The notes below the pieces were generated by a model, which did no database searches, had not been told where the DNA came from, and saw nothing but the letters and a program-made list of their open reading frames with translations. Positions 31,499 through 40,360 of a stretch of 64,000 nucleotides of DNA are shown piece after piece (position 1 is the first letter of the stretch; each line of letters starts with the position of its first letter). The translations under genes and the position numbers were made by a program. Source of the DNA: Bacteroidota bacterium (GTDB taxonomy: Bacteria; Bacteroidota; Bacteroidia; UKL13-3). The stretch is taken from the NCBI GenBank assembly GCA_027482225.1, contig JAIXWD010000014.1, positions 74,719 to 138,718 of the forward strand, in the 5' to 3' direction.

Positions 31499-32821
31499 AT
31501 GATATTAAAAAATCTTAAGAGTAAAAACCTCAAAAAACAAATGAAAAAAAATATACTAATTGGAATAATGTTAATTATAGGACTCTATTCCTTAAACGTT
31601 AATGCGCAATCAAACAAGTGTGCAACTATGCAACATCTTCAAAAGAGTCTCACTAAAGACCCTACTTTAAAACTTAGAATGATTGAAAGCGAAAAAGCAA
31701 TAAACCAATGGATTTCAAATCATGCACGAAATAAGAAATCGAATCGTGGAGTAATAGTTATCCCTACAGTTGTTCATGTAATTTGGAAAGAGACAATTGA
31801 AAACGTGAATGATGACCAAATTTTATCTCAAATTAAAGTCTTGAATGAGGACTTTAGATTAATGAACGCTGATAGTTTAAACGACAAACATCCATTTTGG
31901 CCATTTACAATTGATGCGGATATTGAATTTTGTCTTGCAAAACAAGACCCTAATGGAAATCCTACAAATGGCATTACAAGAACGCAAACAACAGTAACCG
32001 CGTGGGATGATAACAATTCAGATAATATTAAATCCACTGCTAATGGTGGTCGAGATAATTGGGATCCAACAAAGTACCTAAATATTTATGTAGTAAACCT
32101 TGATGGAACGACTTTAGGTTTTGCTACATTTCCAGACGAACTCACAACTCAACCCAATTTAGATGGAGTAGTAATTCGATATGAAGCATTTGGTACAGAA
32201 GGAACAGCAGGATCAGGGAATTTTCCTTCAAATGATGGAGGTAGAACCGGAACCCATGAAGTAGGGCATTGGCTCAACCTCAGACATATTTGGGCCGACA
32301 CGATATGTGGTAATGACTTTGTAGCAGATACTGAACCAGCAGAAGAAGCAAATTATGAATGTCCTACATTTCCTCATAAACCAAACAATAAATGCGGTTC
32401 AGGCTCAAACGGTGAAATGTACATGAATTACATGGACTATGTTGATGATAAATGCATGCACATGTTTACAGCAGGACAATCAGACAGAATGCATGCGGCT
32501 TTAAATGGACCTCGTTCTTTACTAATTACTTCAAATGGTTGTCAATTACCAACTACTTTAAATGAATTAAATTTTTTAAACTCAGTTGCTATATATCCTA
32601 ATCCTAATAATGGACAATTTACTTTGTCAATAAATTTAAAAAATAATAGTGTTGTAAGTGCATCATTAATCAATTTAGTTGGAGTAACCGTTAAAGAATT
32701 TGGTATTATTTCAGGAGAGATATCAAATATTGACGTTACTAATTTTTCAACAGGGGCTTATTATTTAAAAGTAAGTAATTCAACAACATCAATAATAAAA
32801 AAAGTTTTTATTACTAAATAA
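31499..32821 (+). CDS. M43 (ulilysin/pappalysin-like) zinc metalloprotease with T9SS CTD (start probably at MKKNIL)
   Basis: HEVGHWLNLRHIW, MNYMDY Met-turn, pro-domain Cys, YPNP..YYL..FITK. Confidence 0.9.
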   Translation: MILKNLKSKNLKKQMKKNILIGIMLIIGLYSLNVNAQSNKCATMQHLQKSLTKDPTLKLRMIESEKAINQWISNHARNKKSNRGVIVIPTVVHVIWKETIENVNDDQILSQIKVLNEDFRLMNADSLNDKHPFWPFTIDADIEFCLAKQDPNGNPTNGITRTQTTVTAWDDNNSDNIKSTANGGRDNWDPTKYLNIYVVNLDGTTLGFATFPDELTTQPNLDGVVIRYEAFGTEGTAGSGNFPSNDGGRTGTHEVGHWLNLRHIWADTICGNDFVADTEPAEEANYECPTFPHKPNNKCGSGSNGEMYMNYMDYVDDKCMHMFTAGQSDRMHAALNGPRSLLITSNGCQLPTTLNELNFLNSVAIYPNPNNGQFTLSINLKNNSVVSASLINLVGVTVKEFGIISGEISNIDVTNFSTGAYYLKVSNSTTSIIKKVFITK

Positions 32822-32825
32822 CAAT

Positions 32826-32858
32826 AGATAGAAGCGGGGCTTGGCTCCCGCTTCTATC
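32826..32858. terminator. Hairpin between protease and lipoprotein genes
   Basis: gatagaagcggg-gcttggct-cccgcttctatc. Confidence 0.6.
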
Positions 32859-32871
32859 CATAACAGAAATT

Positions 32872-33267
32872 ATGAATAAATTATTTATAGGAGTTTTATT
32901 GAGTTTATTCTTTTCTTGTAAAGGAACAAAGACCATTACCCATGATGAAAATAATCAAAAAAAAGAGCATTCATCGGATAATATTTATCGCTTTAATATT
33001 TCATTTATCAGTATTGGTTCCGGGATAGATGGTAAAGCAAGACAAGATTTTTTAAACTTTATTAGCGAATATGAGACCAAAAATAATATTCAACTTGAAA
33101 TGGAAACAGTTAAATGGGGTCGAGAAGGAGAAACAGACTATTGTACAAAATTGTCTCAATTAAATTCAGACGAGCAAGTTAAATTTATTTCATCTATCAA
33201 AGAATTAACAAAAACATCTAAACTTGTTCGCTATTCCGAAAACACAACATGTAAAAAAAGAAACTAA
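32872..33267 (+). CDS. Small lipoprotein of unknown function
   Basis: FFSC lipobox; SFISIGSGID and WGREGETDYC motifs. Confidence 0.7.
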   Translation: MNKLFIGVLLSLFFSCKGTKTITHDENNQKKEHSSDNIYRFNISFISIGSGIDGKARQDFLNFISEYETKNNIQLEMETVKWGREGETDYCTKLSQLNSDEQVKFISSIKELTKTSKLVRYSENTTCKKRN

Positions 33268-33293
33268 CAAGATTTTTGACGAAAGCTAACTTG

Positions 33294-33412
33294 ATGCTAA
33301 CAGACTTTTAACTCAAGTAGCGAAAAGTGATTTCCCATTCAAGTAGTTATCTTTAACTTGGCTTAACTAAATTCACTTCGCATTAACCACCTTTGGCAAA
33401 CGAGCGTTATAT
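33294..33412 (+). repeat. Degenerate attC-like cassette site
   Basis: Begins atgctaac, aagtagc 14 nt later as at 35204, ends gcaaacg[--]agcgttatat. Confidence 0.5.
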
Positions 33413-33459
33413 AAGTAGTATTTATGTTTGAAATAATAAATGTAAACTCATAATTAATT

Positions 33460-35178
33460 ATGATTAATAAAAATTTAATTGAAATCTCGATTGCAACAAG
33501 TATCGATAGGCAGAAAATTTATCAACTACGCCACGAAGTATATGCCTTAGAGTTAATGCAGCACCCACATAACGATAGAATGATGATTGAAGATAAGCTA
33601 GATGACTTCAACACATATATTATTGCCAAAATAAATACAGAAATAGTTGGTTTCATTAGTATTACTCCACCTAATAAAAACGATTATTCTATCGATAAAT
33701 ATTTCACTCGAATGGAAATTCCTTTCGCAGTAGATTTAGGAACATACGAAATACGATTATTAACAGTACTCAAAGAATTTCGAGGTAAGCATATAGCATT
33801 AGCTCTCATGTGGGCCGCTTTTCGATTAATTCAGTCTTTAGGTGGTATAAATATTATGGCCATAGGGCGATCTGAGGTGTTGGACTTGTATTTAAAATTA
33901 GGATTTAAGGCTACGAATAAGGAAGTTAAAGCTGGTGAAGTTTCGTTTACACTAATCCATGCAAATGTGAGGGAATTGAATGATTTCATTGAAAATAATT
34001 TCAAAAACACCTTCACCAAAATAAAAAAGCAATGTGACTGGAAATTGGCAATAGATTTTTTTAAACCTGCTAATTGCTATCATGGAGGTGCTTTTTTTGA
34101 TGCCATTGGAAACGAATTTGATGACCTCAATAGAAGAAAAAATATAATTAATGCTGACGTATTAGATGCTTGGTTTGATCCTGCTCCAAAGTTAATTTCA
34201 GAAATAGAAAATCAATTATCATGGATTTGTAAAACTTCTCCTCCAACTGATTGTACTGGTATGTCCAATGGCATAGCCAAATCACGAGGGCTAAAATCCT
34301 GTAACGTTCTTCCAGGTGCTGGCTCTTCTGATTTAATTTTTCTTGCTTTTAGAGAGTGGTTATTGCCAGAATCACATGTATTGATTCTTGATCCAACTTA
34401 TGGTGAATATGTCCATGTTCTAGAAAATATTATTGGATGTAAGGTTGATCGCATCAACTTGCTAAAAGCCAATAATTATATATTGGATCTAGAAAAGCTT
34501 ATAGACCTAGCAAAAAATAATTACGACTTAATTGTCATTGTTAATCCAAATAGCCCTACAGGTCAGCATATTCCGAGGATTAAACTCGAGAATGCTTTAA
34601 GCCAAATCAGCCCTACTACTCGTATTTGGATAGATGAAACCTATATCGAATATTGTGGTAGAGATCAATCTTTAGAGAAATATGCTGTTAGTACAAGTAA
34701 TGTTATTGTTTGTAAATCGATGTCTAAGGTATATGCATTAAGCGGACTTCGCTCTGCATATTTATGTGCCTCTCCTTTTCAACTTGAAAAATTAAGGTCT
34801 ATATCTCCTCCATGGGCAGTAAGTCTTCCATCTCAAATTGCAGCATTGATTGCATTAAAAGAGGATAGTTATTATGAAAAATGCTATGAGCAGACCCACA
34901 TACTGAGAGAAGAGTTCTGTAGAGAATTGCTGAAATTTAACTCTTTTGAGGTTTTACAAAGTAAAGCCAATTTTGTGCTATGTTTTCTCCCTGAAAATGG
35001 GCCTAGCGCTGAAACTGTTGTTTCTAAATGCAAGGAAATGGGACTATTTATAAGGGATGTATCAAATATGGGAAATAATTTTAATAAACATACAATCAGA
35101 ATTGCGATTAAAGATAAAGAAACAAATCAAAAGATGATAGAAATTATTAAGCAAGTGCTAGATGATCAAAGAAAATAA
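33460..35178 (+). CDS. Fusion of GNAT/N-acyl synthase-like domain with class I/II PLP enzyme (HisC/CobD-like)
   Basis: N-term IYQLRHEVY..YEIRLLTVLKEFRG..LYLKLGF; C-term HGG, NPNSPTG, DETY, SMSKVYALSGLR. Confidence 0.85.
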   Translation: MINKNLIEISIATSIDRQKIYQLRHEVYALELMQHPHNDRMMIEDKLDDFNTYIIAKINTEIVGFISITPPNKNDYSIDKYFTRMEIPFAVDLGTYEIRLLTVLKEFRGKHIALALMWAAFRLIQSLGGINIMAIGRSEVLDLYLKLGFKATNKEVKAGEVSFTLIHANVRELNDFIENNFKNTFTKIKKQCDWKLAIDFFKPANCYHGGAFFDAIGNEFDDLNRRKNIINADVLDAWFDPAPKLISEIENQLSWICKTSPPTDCTGMSNGIAKSRGLKSCNVLPGAGSSDLIFLAFREWLLPESHVLILDPTYGEYVHVLENIIGCKVDRINLLKANNYILDLEKLIDLAKNNYDLIVIVNPNSPTGQHIPRIKLENALSQISPTTRIWIDETYIEYCGRDQSLEKYAVSTSNVIVCKSMSKVYALSGLRSAYLCASPFQLEKLRSISPPWAVSLPSQIAALIALKEDSYYEKCYEQTHILREEFCRELLKFNSFEVLQSKANFVLCFLPENGPSAETVVSKCKEMGLFIRDVSNMGNNFNKHTIRIAIKDKETNQKMIEIIKQVLDDQRK

Positions 35179-35183
35179 TATAA

Positions 35184-35305
35184 CGCTAACAAGGGCTCAG
35201 CAAAAGTAGCATACAAGTGCTCCGCTGATAAGTTTTTAGGTAATCATTTCATAGCTATCGAGAATTATACACTCAAAAAATCGCGACTTTACAAAGTTTG
35301 TTGTT
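35184..35305 (+). repeat. Degenerate attC-like cassette site, homologous to 63288-63419
   Basis: cgctaac start; ctccgctgataagtttttaggtaat vs ctccgcttgacagttttgaggtaat at 63323. Confidence 0.7.
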
Positions 35306-35359
35306 TGAAAAATCTTGACTTTAACCAAATCTAAAGTGTTAAAAAAATAATCCCTACAA

Positions 35360-36025
35360 TCAAATATCCCTGCACTCCATCATCAACAAATCACCTTCGG
35401 TGTGCTCTATTATTACTAAACCATCTTGTGCTGCGCTATTGCTACTGCTGGTGCGGTAGCCTAAAGTTAATACATCGTTTTGTAAGTTATAATTTAACCC
35501 TTGTGTGTTAACGCCACTTACCACACCAACCGGTATTATTGATAACACAGTATCTTTTACGTACCACTTTTGGTAACGTTTGGGTAATTGAAAAATCTTT
35601 GAATAATCATCGTGCAATACAATATTAATTTGTTGCTTGTAACGCACCATGTCGGTTATGTTACTTAAGTTATGATCGGCCCTGCGACCTGTTGCCCATA
35701 TAATATTTACGGCATCAAAATTTCGTGCAATTAAAAACTCAATCCCCTTTTGTAAGTCGGTTTTATTTTGGTCGGGTGTATGAACAATTTCTATTTTTTG
35801 TTGTGCTTGTATTTGTTCTACCGAATGGTTCTTACTATCAAAATCGCCTAGTAAAACATCAATTTTAATACCCAATTCCAGCACACGGTTTATGGCACCA
35901 TCAAGCACCACAACAAACGGACTCCATTCCAACAATTGCCCAAGCAACTCATTCGAGCAGCTTTCGCCATTAGCTATAATTAATGCAGGCTCTTGCCCTT
36001 CTCTTATTATGTGGTGTGATGACAT
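35360..36025 (-). CDS. thiN: Thiamine diphosphokinase
   Basis: LDGA, GDFDS, DQNKTDL, GRRADH, SSSN. Confidence 0.9.
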   Translation of the reverse strand: MSSHHIIREGQEPALIIANGESCSNELLGQLLEWSPFVVVLDGAINRVLELGIKIDVLLGDFDSKNHSVEQIQAQQKIEIVHTPDQNKTDLQKGIEFLIARNFDAVNIIWATGRRADHNLSNITDMVRYKQQINIVLHDDYSKIFQLPKRYQKWYVKDTVLSIIPVGVVSGVNTQGLNYNLQNDVLTLGYRTSSSNSAAQDGLVIIEHTEGDLLMMECRDI

Positions 36026-36037
36026 CGGTAATAAAAG

Positions 36038-36340
36038 TTATCTTACAACTACATCAGTAATTAACTGCATTCCGGCTTCTTTGTTTACCAACTCTACAAT
36101 TTTAAAACGTTGGTAATTTAACTCTTGGCGTAAAGCAGCTGATTCTATTTGAATATTAAGTTTACCATCAAAAAAATAAATCTTTTTGGTTTGCCCAGCT
36201 ATCAACTTACCTACAATACTTTCCCATTTATTTATCACATTAACCTCAGCCAATTTCCCATCCATGTTTTCACTTCTCAAAAAATCTCCAATGGCTTCTT
36301 TTAAGGTTTGATCATTGTCTTTTTTCTTCATCATAACCAT
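36038..36340 (-). CDS. DUF721 / DciA family protein
   Basis: WESIVG..IA..SAALRQEL; downstream of recF. Confidence 0.85.
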   Translation of the reverse strand: MVMMKKKDNDQTLKEAIGDFLRSENMDGKLAEVNVINKWESIVGKLIAGQTKKIYFFDGKLNIQIESAALRQELNYQRFKIVELVNKEAGMQLITDVVVR

Positions 36341-36409
36341 ACAAAACTAATGATACTGTTCACTAATCTTAAATTATTTAGCGTAAAGTTTAAAACTAAT
36401 TAGTGGGGG

Positions 36410-36692
36410 CGCCAAGGTTGCTTCGCAATTTTATTGGCTAACAAAAGGTTTAAACGCAGAGTCGCGGAGGACGCTGAGGTTGTTTGCAATTTTATTGGCT
36501 AACAGAACACACGGAAGGGCTCAGAAGGTTTAAACGCAAAGTCACAGCCTGTTCGAGTTCGCTTGGGGCTGGTTGTGCTAGAATGCGAGTATCGAGAACA
36601 GGAGTGATAAGAATAATTAACTTTGACAATCCTTTTCTCGATACGATTATGCCAACGCCAAACCTTGTAAACAATCACTCGAACAGGCTTTA
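36410..36692. repeat. Composite REP-like element: tandem gcaattttattggctaac unit plus inverted ctcgatac/ctcgaac pair
   Basis: gcaattttattggctaaca twice; agcctgttcgagt..gtatcgagaa facing ttctcgatac..actcgaacaggct. Confidence 0.8.
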
Positions 36693-36731
36693 ACTAACAA
36701 ACCTGTCAACTAATAACCAATTAACCAACAA

Positions 36732-37841
36732 CTATTCCAACTCACTAATCTTCCCCGCATCAACCATAAAATATTTAACATCCACCTCGGGCATGGTATT
36801 AAACACCAATTGCAGTCGATCCAAATGGGTATCAGTAATTAATATTTGACCAAACTCACCATTGGCTATCATTTGCAGAAGGGTATTTAATCGCTGCTCA
36901 TCCAATTTTTCAAAAATATCATCTAGCAATAAAAGTGGTTTCACCGTTGTTCTGTTTTTTAAATAATGATACTGAGCCAGTTTTAACGAAATAATAAATG
37001 ATTTTTGCTGACCCTGAGAACCAAACTTTTTAATCGCATAACCATTTATACAAAACTCCAATTCATCTTTGTGTATGCCTTTGGTGGTGCGCTGCGCTGC
37101 AAAATCACGTTGGGTATTTTCAATTAATAATTGTTCAAAATCATTGGCTAGTAAATCACTTTGGTAGTTGATACTGACCTCCTCGCTGGCATTTGCTATT
37201 TGCTTATAAAAATTGTTAAATACAGGAACAAATTCAACCAAAAACTGCTTACGATATTGATGTATGGCATTACCATGCTTTATCAATAATGCGTTATACG
37301 TTTCCAACAACGTTTGGTCAATTTGACCATGCTCTGCAAAAACCCTTAACTGCTTATTGCGTTGCTCCAAAACCCGATTATACAACAACACATCATTCAG
37401 GTACATTTTATTTAATTGGGCTATCATGCCGTCTAAGAACTTTCTTCGTTCTTCACTGCCTTCATGCAATAACATAATGTCATTTGGCGTAATCATTACC
37501 AAAGGATAATGTCCAATATGGTCACTAAATTTTTTTACCTCATTATTATTTATTTTTAGCACTTTCTTGCCTTTTTCAAAAAACAGAAAAGCATTTTCAA
37601 CTAAATCATTTCTATTATAAGTAGCCGTGATGCTAAAATAATTTTCGTCATGCAACACATGTTGCAAATCGCTAGGGTTGAAATAACTTTTGGTAAAGGA
37701 TAGATAATAAACGGCATCAAGTACATTGGTTTTACCAGCCCCATTTTTACCTACAAAGCAATTTACCTGTGCATGAAGGTTAATTTTTGCCGAGGTGTAG
37801 TTTTTAAACTGCTGTAAATGGAGCGTTTTGATAGCAAGCAT
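36732..37841 (-). CDS. recF: DNA replication/repair protein RecF
   Basis: GKNGAGKTN, ERRKFLD, GSQGQQKS, LLLDDIFEKLD. Confidence 0.95.
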   Translation of the reverse strand: MLAIKTLHLQQFKNYTSAKINLHAQVNCFVGKNGAGKTNVLDAVYYLSFTKSYFNPSDLQHVLHDENYFSITATYNRNDLVENAFLFFEKGKKVLKINNNEVKKFSDHIGHYPLVMITPNDIMLLHEGSEERRKFLDGMIAQLNKMYLNDVLLYNRVLEQRNKQLRVFAEHGQIDQTLLETYNALLIKHGNAIHQYRKQFLVEFVPVFNNFYKQIANASEEVSINYQSDLLANDFEQLLIENTQRDFAAQRTTKGIHKDELEFCINGYAIKKFGSQGQQKSFIISLKLAQYHYLKNRTTVKPLLLLDDIFEKLDEQRLNTLLQMIANGEFGQILITDTHLDRLQLVFNTMPEVDVKYFMVDAGKISELE

Positions 37842-37928
37842 GACATGCGAATATACTTTTGAAGGTTGATTTTTGATAAAATATAAATAACATGCTCATT
37901 ATCAATATCTAGACAAACGCTTTGCACA

Positions 37929-38963
37929 ATGCCGAAATTTATTAGTTTTGCAGTTCTTCGCAACAATATGGTAAAGACAAAATTTACGAAAGAAACATAC
38001 GAAAGCTGGTACGAGCAAATGCTGCTTATGCGCAGATTTGAGGAAAAATCAGCACAACTATATGGTCAGCAAAAAATAAAGGGCTTTTGCCATTTGTACA
38101 TTGGTCAAGAAGCTGTAGTTGCAGGTACCGTAAGTGCCACACGTAAAGACGACAGACACATTACTGCTTACCGCGATCACGCGCATGCAATAGCTTTGGG
38201 TATTCCTTCACGCGAGGTAATGGCTGAGTTATTTGGTAAAGTTACGGGTTGCAGTAAAGGTAAAGGTGGTAGCATGCACATGTTTAGTAAAGAGCATAAC
38301 TTCTTTGGCGGACATGGTATCGTTGGCGGACAAATTCCGCTTGGCGCTGGTATTGCACTAGCTGATCAATATAGAGGTGGGGACCAAGTTACTATCTGTA
38401 GTTTTGGCGATGGTGCTGCTCGTCAGGGTGCATTACACGAAACATTTAACATGGCCATGTTGTGGAAACTGCCAGTTATTTTTATAGTTGAAAACAACGG
38501 TTATGCAATGGGTACTTCGGTTGAACGTACAACCAATGTATTAGATATGAGTGTAATTGGTGCTGGCTATGCCATGCCAAGTTTTGTAGTTGATGGTATG
38601 AAACCAGAAACAGTGCACGAAGCAATTGCTGAGGCTGTTGAACGTGCGCGTAAAGGAGATGGCCCAACCTACTTAGAAATACGCACCTACCGTTACCGCG
38701 GACATAGTATGAGTGACCCTGCAAAGTACCGTACCAAAGAAGAGGTAGAGGATTACAAAAAGAAAGACCCATTAGAAGTAGTTAAAACCACCATGCTAAA
38801 AAATAAATTTGCCGATGAGAAGTGGTTTGATGAAATGGAAACTAAAATTGAAGCCATTATAAACGATTCGGTAGAGTTTGCAGAAAATTCAGCATGGCCT
38901 GAACCTGAAGCTTTATGGGAAGATGTGTATGTTCAATCAGATTATCCTTTTATTAGAGAATAA
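37929..38963 (+). CDS. pdhA: Pyruvate dehydrogenase E1 alpha
   Basis: GFCHLYIGQEA, GKGGSMH, GDGA, YRYRGHSMSDP. Confidence 0.96.
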   Translation: MPKFISFAVLRNNMVKTKFTKETYESWYEQMLLMRRFEEKSAQLYGQQKIKGFCHLYIGQEAVVAGTVSATRKDDRHITAYRDHAHAIALGIPSREVMAELFGKVTGCSKGKGGSMHMFSKEHNFFGGHGIVGGQIPLGAGIALADQYRGGDQVTICSFGDGAARQGALHETFNMAMLWKLPVIFIVENNGYAMGTSVERTTNVLDMSVIGAGYAMPSFVVDGMKPETVHEAIAEAVERARKGDGPTYLEIRTYRYRGHSMSDPAKYRTKEEVEDYKKKDPLEVVKTTMLKNKFADEKWFDEMETKIEAIINDSVEFAENSAWPEPEALWEDVYVQSDYPFIRE

Positions 38964-39012
38964 TTTTTGTATACTTGAAGCCAAGTGAATTTATTACCCG
39001 ATTATTTAAAAT

Positions 39013-39705
39013 ATGACAAACAAGAAGAACGATAATTTAGATTTAGATGCAGCTTTAGCCAACACAACGCATAAGGTTGAAGACATCTACACCAAAAATA
39101 AAAAGAATATTAACACGGCCCTATTAATACTGGTTGTTGCTGTTGCAGGATATTTTGGTTTGAAAAAATTCTATTTTGAACCACGCGAGCAAGAAGCGCA
39201 AGTAGAAATGTTTAAAGCACAACAGCTATTTGAGGTAGACTCTTTTAACCTTGCATTAAAAGGCAATGGCACAATTAAAGGTTTTGCTGATTTAGCTGAC
39301 GAATACAGCGGAACAAAAGCTGGTAACTTATCGCATTATTATGCGGGCATTTGTATGCTACGCACAGGCGACTTTACAGGTGCAATTGATATGTTAGAAG
39401 GATTTAGTTCTGATAATGCATTGGTTGGCCCTTTAGCTGCCGGATTATTGGGTGACGCCTACGTTGAAAATGGTGATATTGAAAAAGGTGCCAAACAATA
39501 CCTTAAAGCTGCACGCATGAGTAAAAATAAGCTTACCTCTCCTGTATTCTTTAAAAAGGCTGGTATAGCTTTTGAAGAATTAAAAAACTATAGTGATGCT
39601 GCAGAAGCTTATAGCAACATTAAAAATGAATATCCTGATGCGCAAGAAGCAACAGATATTGATAAATACATTGCAAGAGCTACTGCGTTAAAAGCTGAAA
39701 ACTAA
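39013..39705 (+). CDS. Membrane-anchored TPR protein (YfgM-like)
   Basis: Single TM followed by TPR-like helices; adjacent to ribH. Confidence 0.75.
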   Translation: MTNKKNDNLDLDAALANTTHKVEDIYTKNKKNINTALLILVVAVAGYFGLKKFYFEPREQEAQVEMFKAQQLFEVDSFNLALKGNGTIKGFADLADEYSGTKAGNLSHYYAGICMLRTGDFTGAIDMLEGFSSDNALVGPLAAGLLGDAYVENGDIEKGAKQYLKAARMSKNKLTSPVFFKKAGIAFEELKNYSDAAEAYSNIKNEYPDAQEATDIDKYIARATALKAEN

Positions 39706-39722
39706 TTCATATATTATACATT

Positions 39723-39757
39723 AAAAAGCCGATTCACTATGTGTTTCGGCTTTTTTG
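39723..39757 (+). terminator. Intrinsic terminator
   Basis: aaaaagccga..tcggcttttt. Confidence 0.65.
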
Positions 39758-39812
39758 ATTTATACCAAAGGTACCCTTTGAGGTATGTGCTCAAATCCTT
39801 ACATTCGCAACC

Positions 39813-40307
39813 ATGTCAACTCAACTAAAAAACTTATCGGTTACCAACTTAGAACCCAATAAAATTTTTAAGAAATTTACTATTGGAATTGTAGTTGCCG
39901 AGTGGAATCCCGAAATAACAAATGCCCTTCTTAAAGGAGCATATGCGCATTTAGTAGATATGGGTGTTAAAGAAAAAAACATCACCGTATACCACGTTCC
40001 CGGAAGCTTTGAGTTGCCATTGGGCGCACAATTTTTAGCATCACAAAAACATGTTGATGCAGTAATTACCTTGGGTTGTGTTATACAAGGTGAAACACGA
40101 CATTTTGATTTTATTTGTGATGCCTGTGCAAACGGTGTTACCAATGTTGGATTAAACTATAATAAGCCTGTAATTTTTGGTGTACTTACTCCAAACAACC
40201 AACAACAAGCAATTGATAGAGCAGGTGGACAACAAGGAAATAAAGGAATTGAAGCTGCAGAAACCGCACTTAAAATGTTGGTATTAAAAAACAACATCGA
40301 CCTGTAA
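39813..40307 (+). CDS. ribH: 6,7-dimethyl-8-ribityllumazine synthase
   Basis: VPGSFELP, GCVIQGETRHFD, GNKG. Confidence 0.96.
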   Translation: MSTQLKNLSVTNLEPNKIFKKFTIGIVVAEWNPEITNALLKGAYAHLVDMGVKEKNITVYHVPGSFELPLGAQFLASQKHVDAVITLGCVIQGETRHFDFICDACANGVTNVGLNYNKPVIFGVLTPNNQQQAIDRAGGQQGNKGIEAAETALKMLVLKNNIDL

Positions 40308-40360
40308 AAACACAATAACTTAACTTTACACAAACACGTTCAACAACTACTTTTGTTAAA

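Noticed and set aside
36410..36540. Tandem repeat considered as a CRISPR array
   Set aside because: Only two units, no regular unique spacers, no cas genes.
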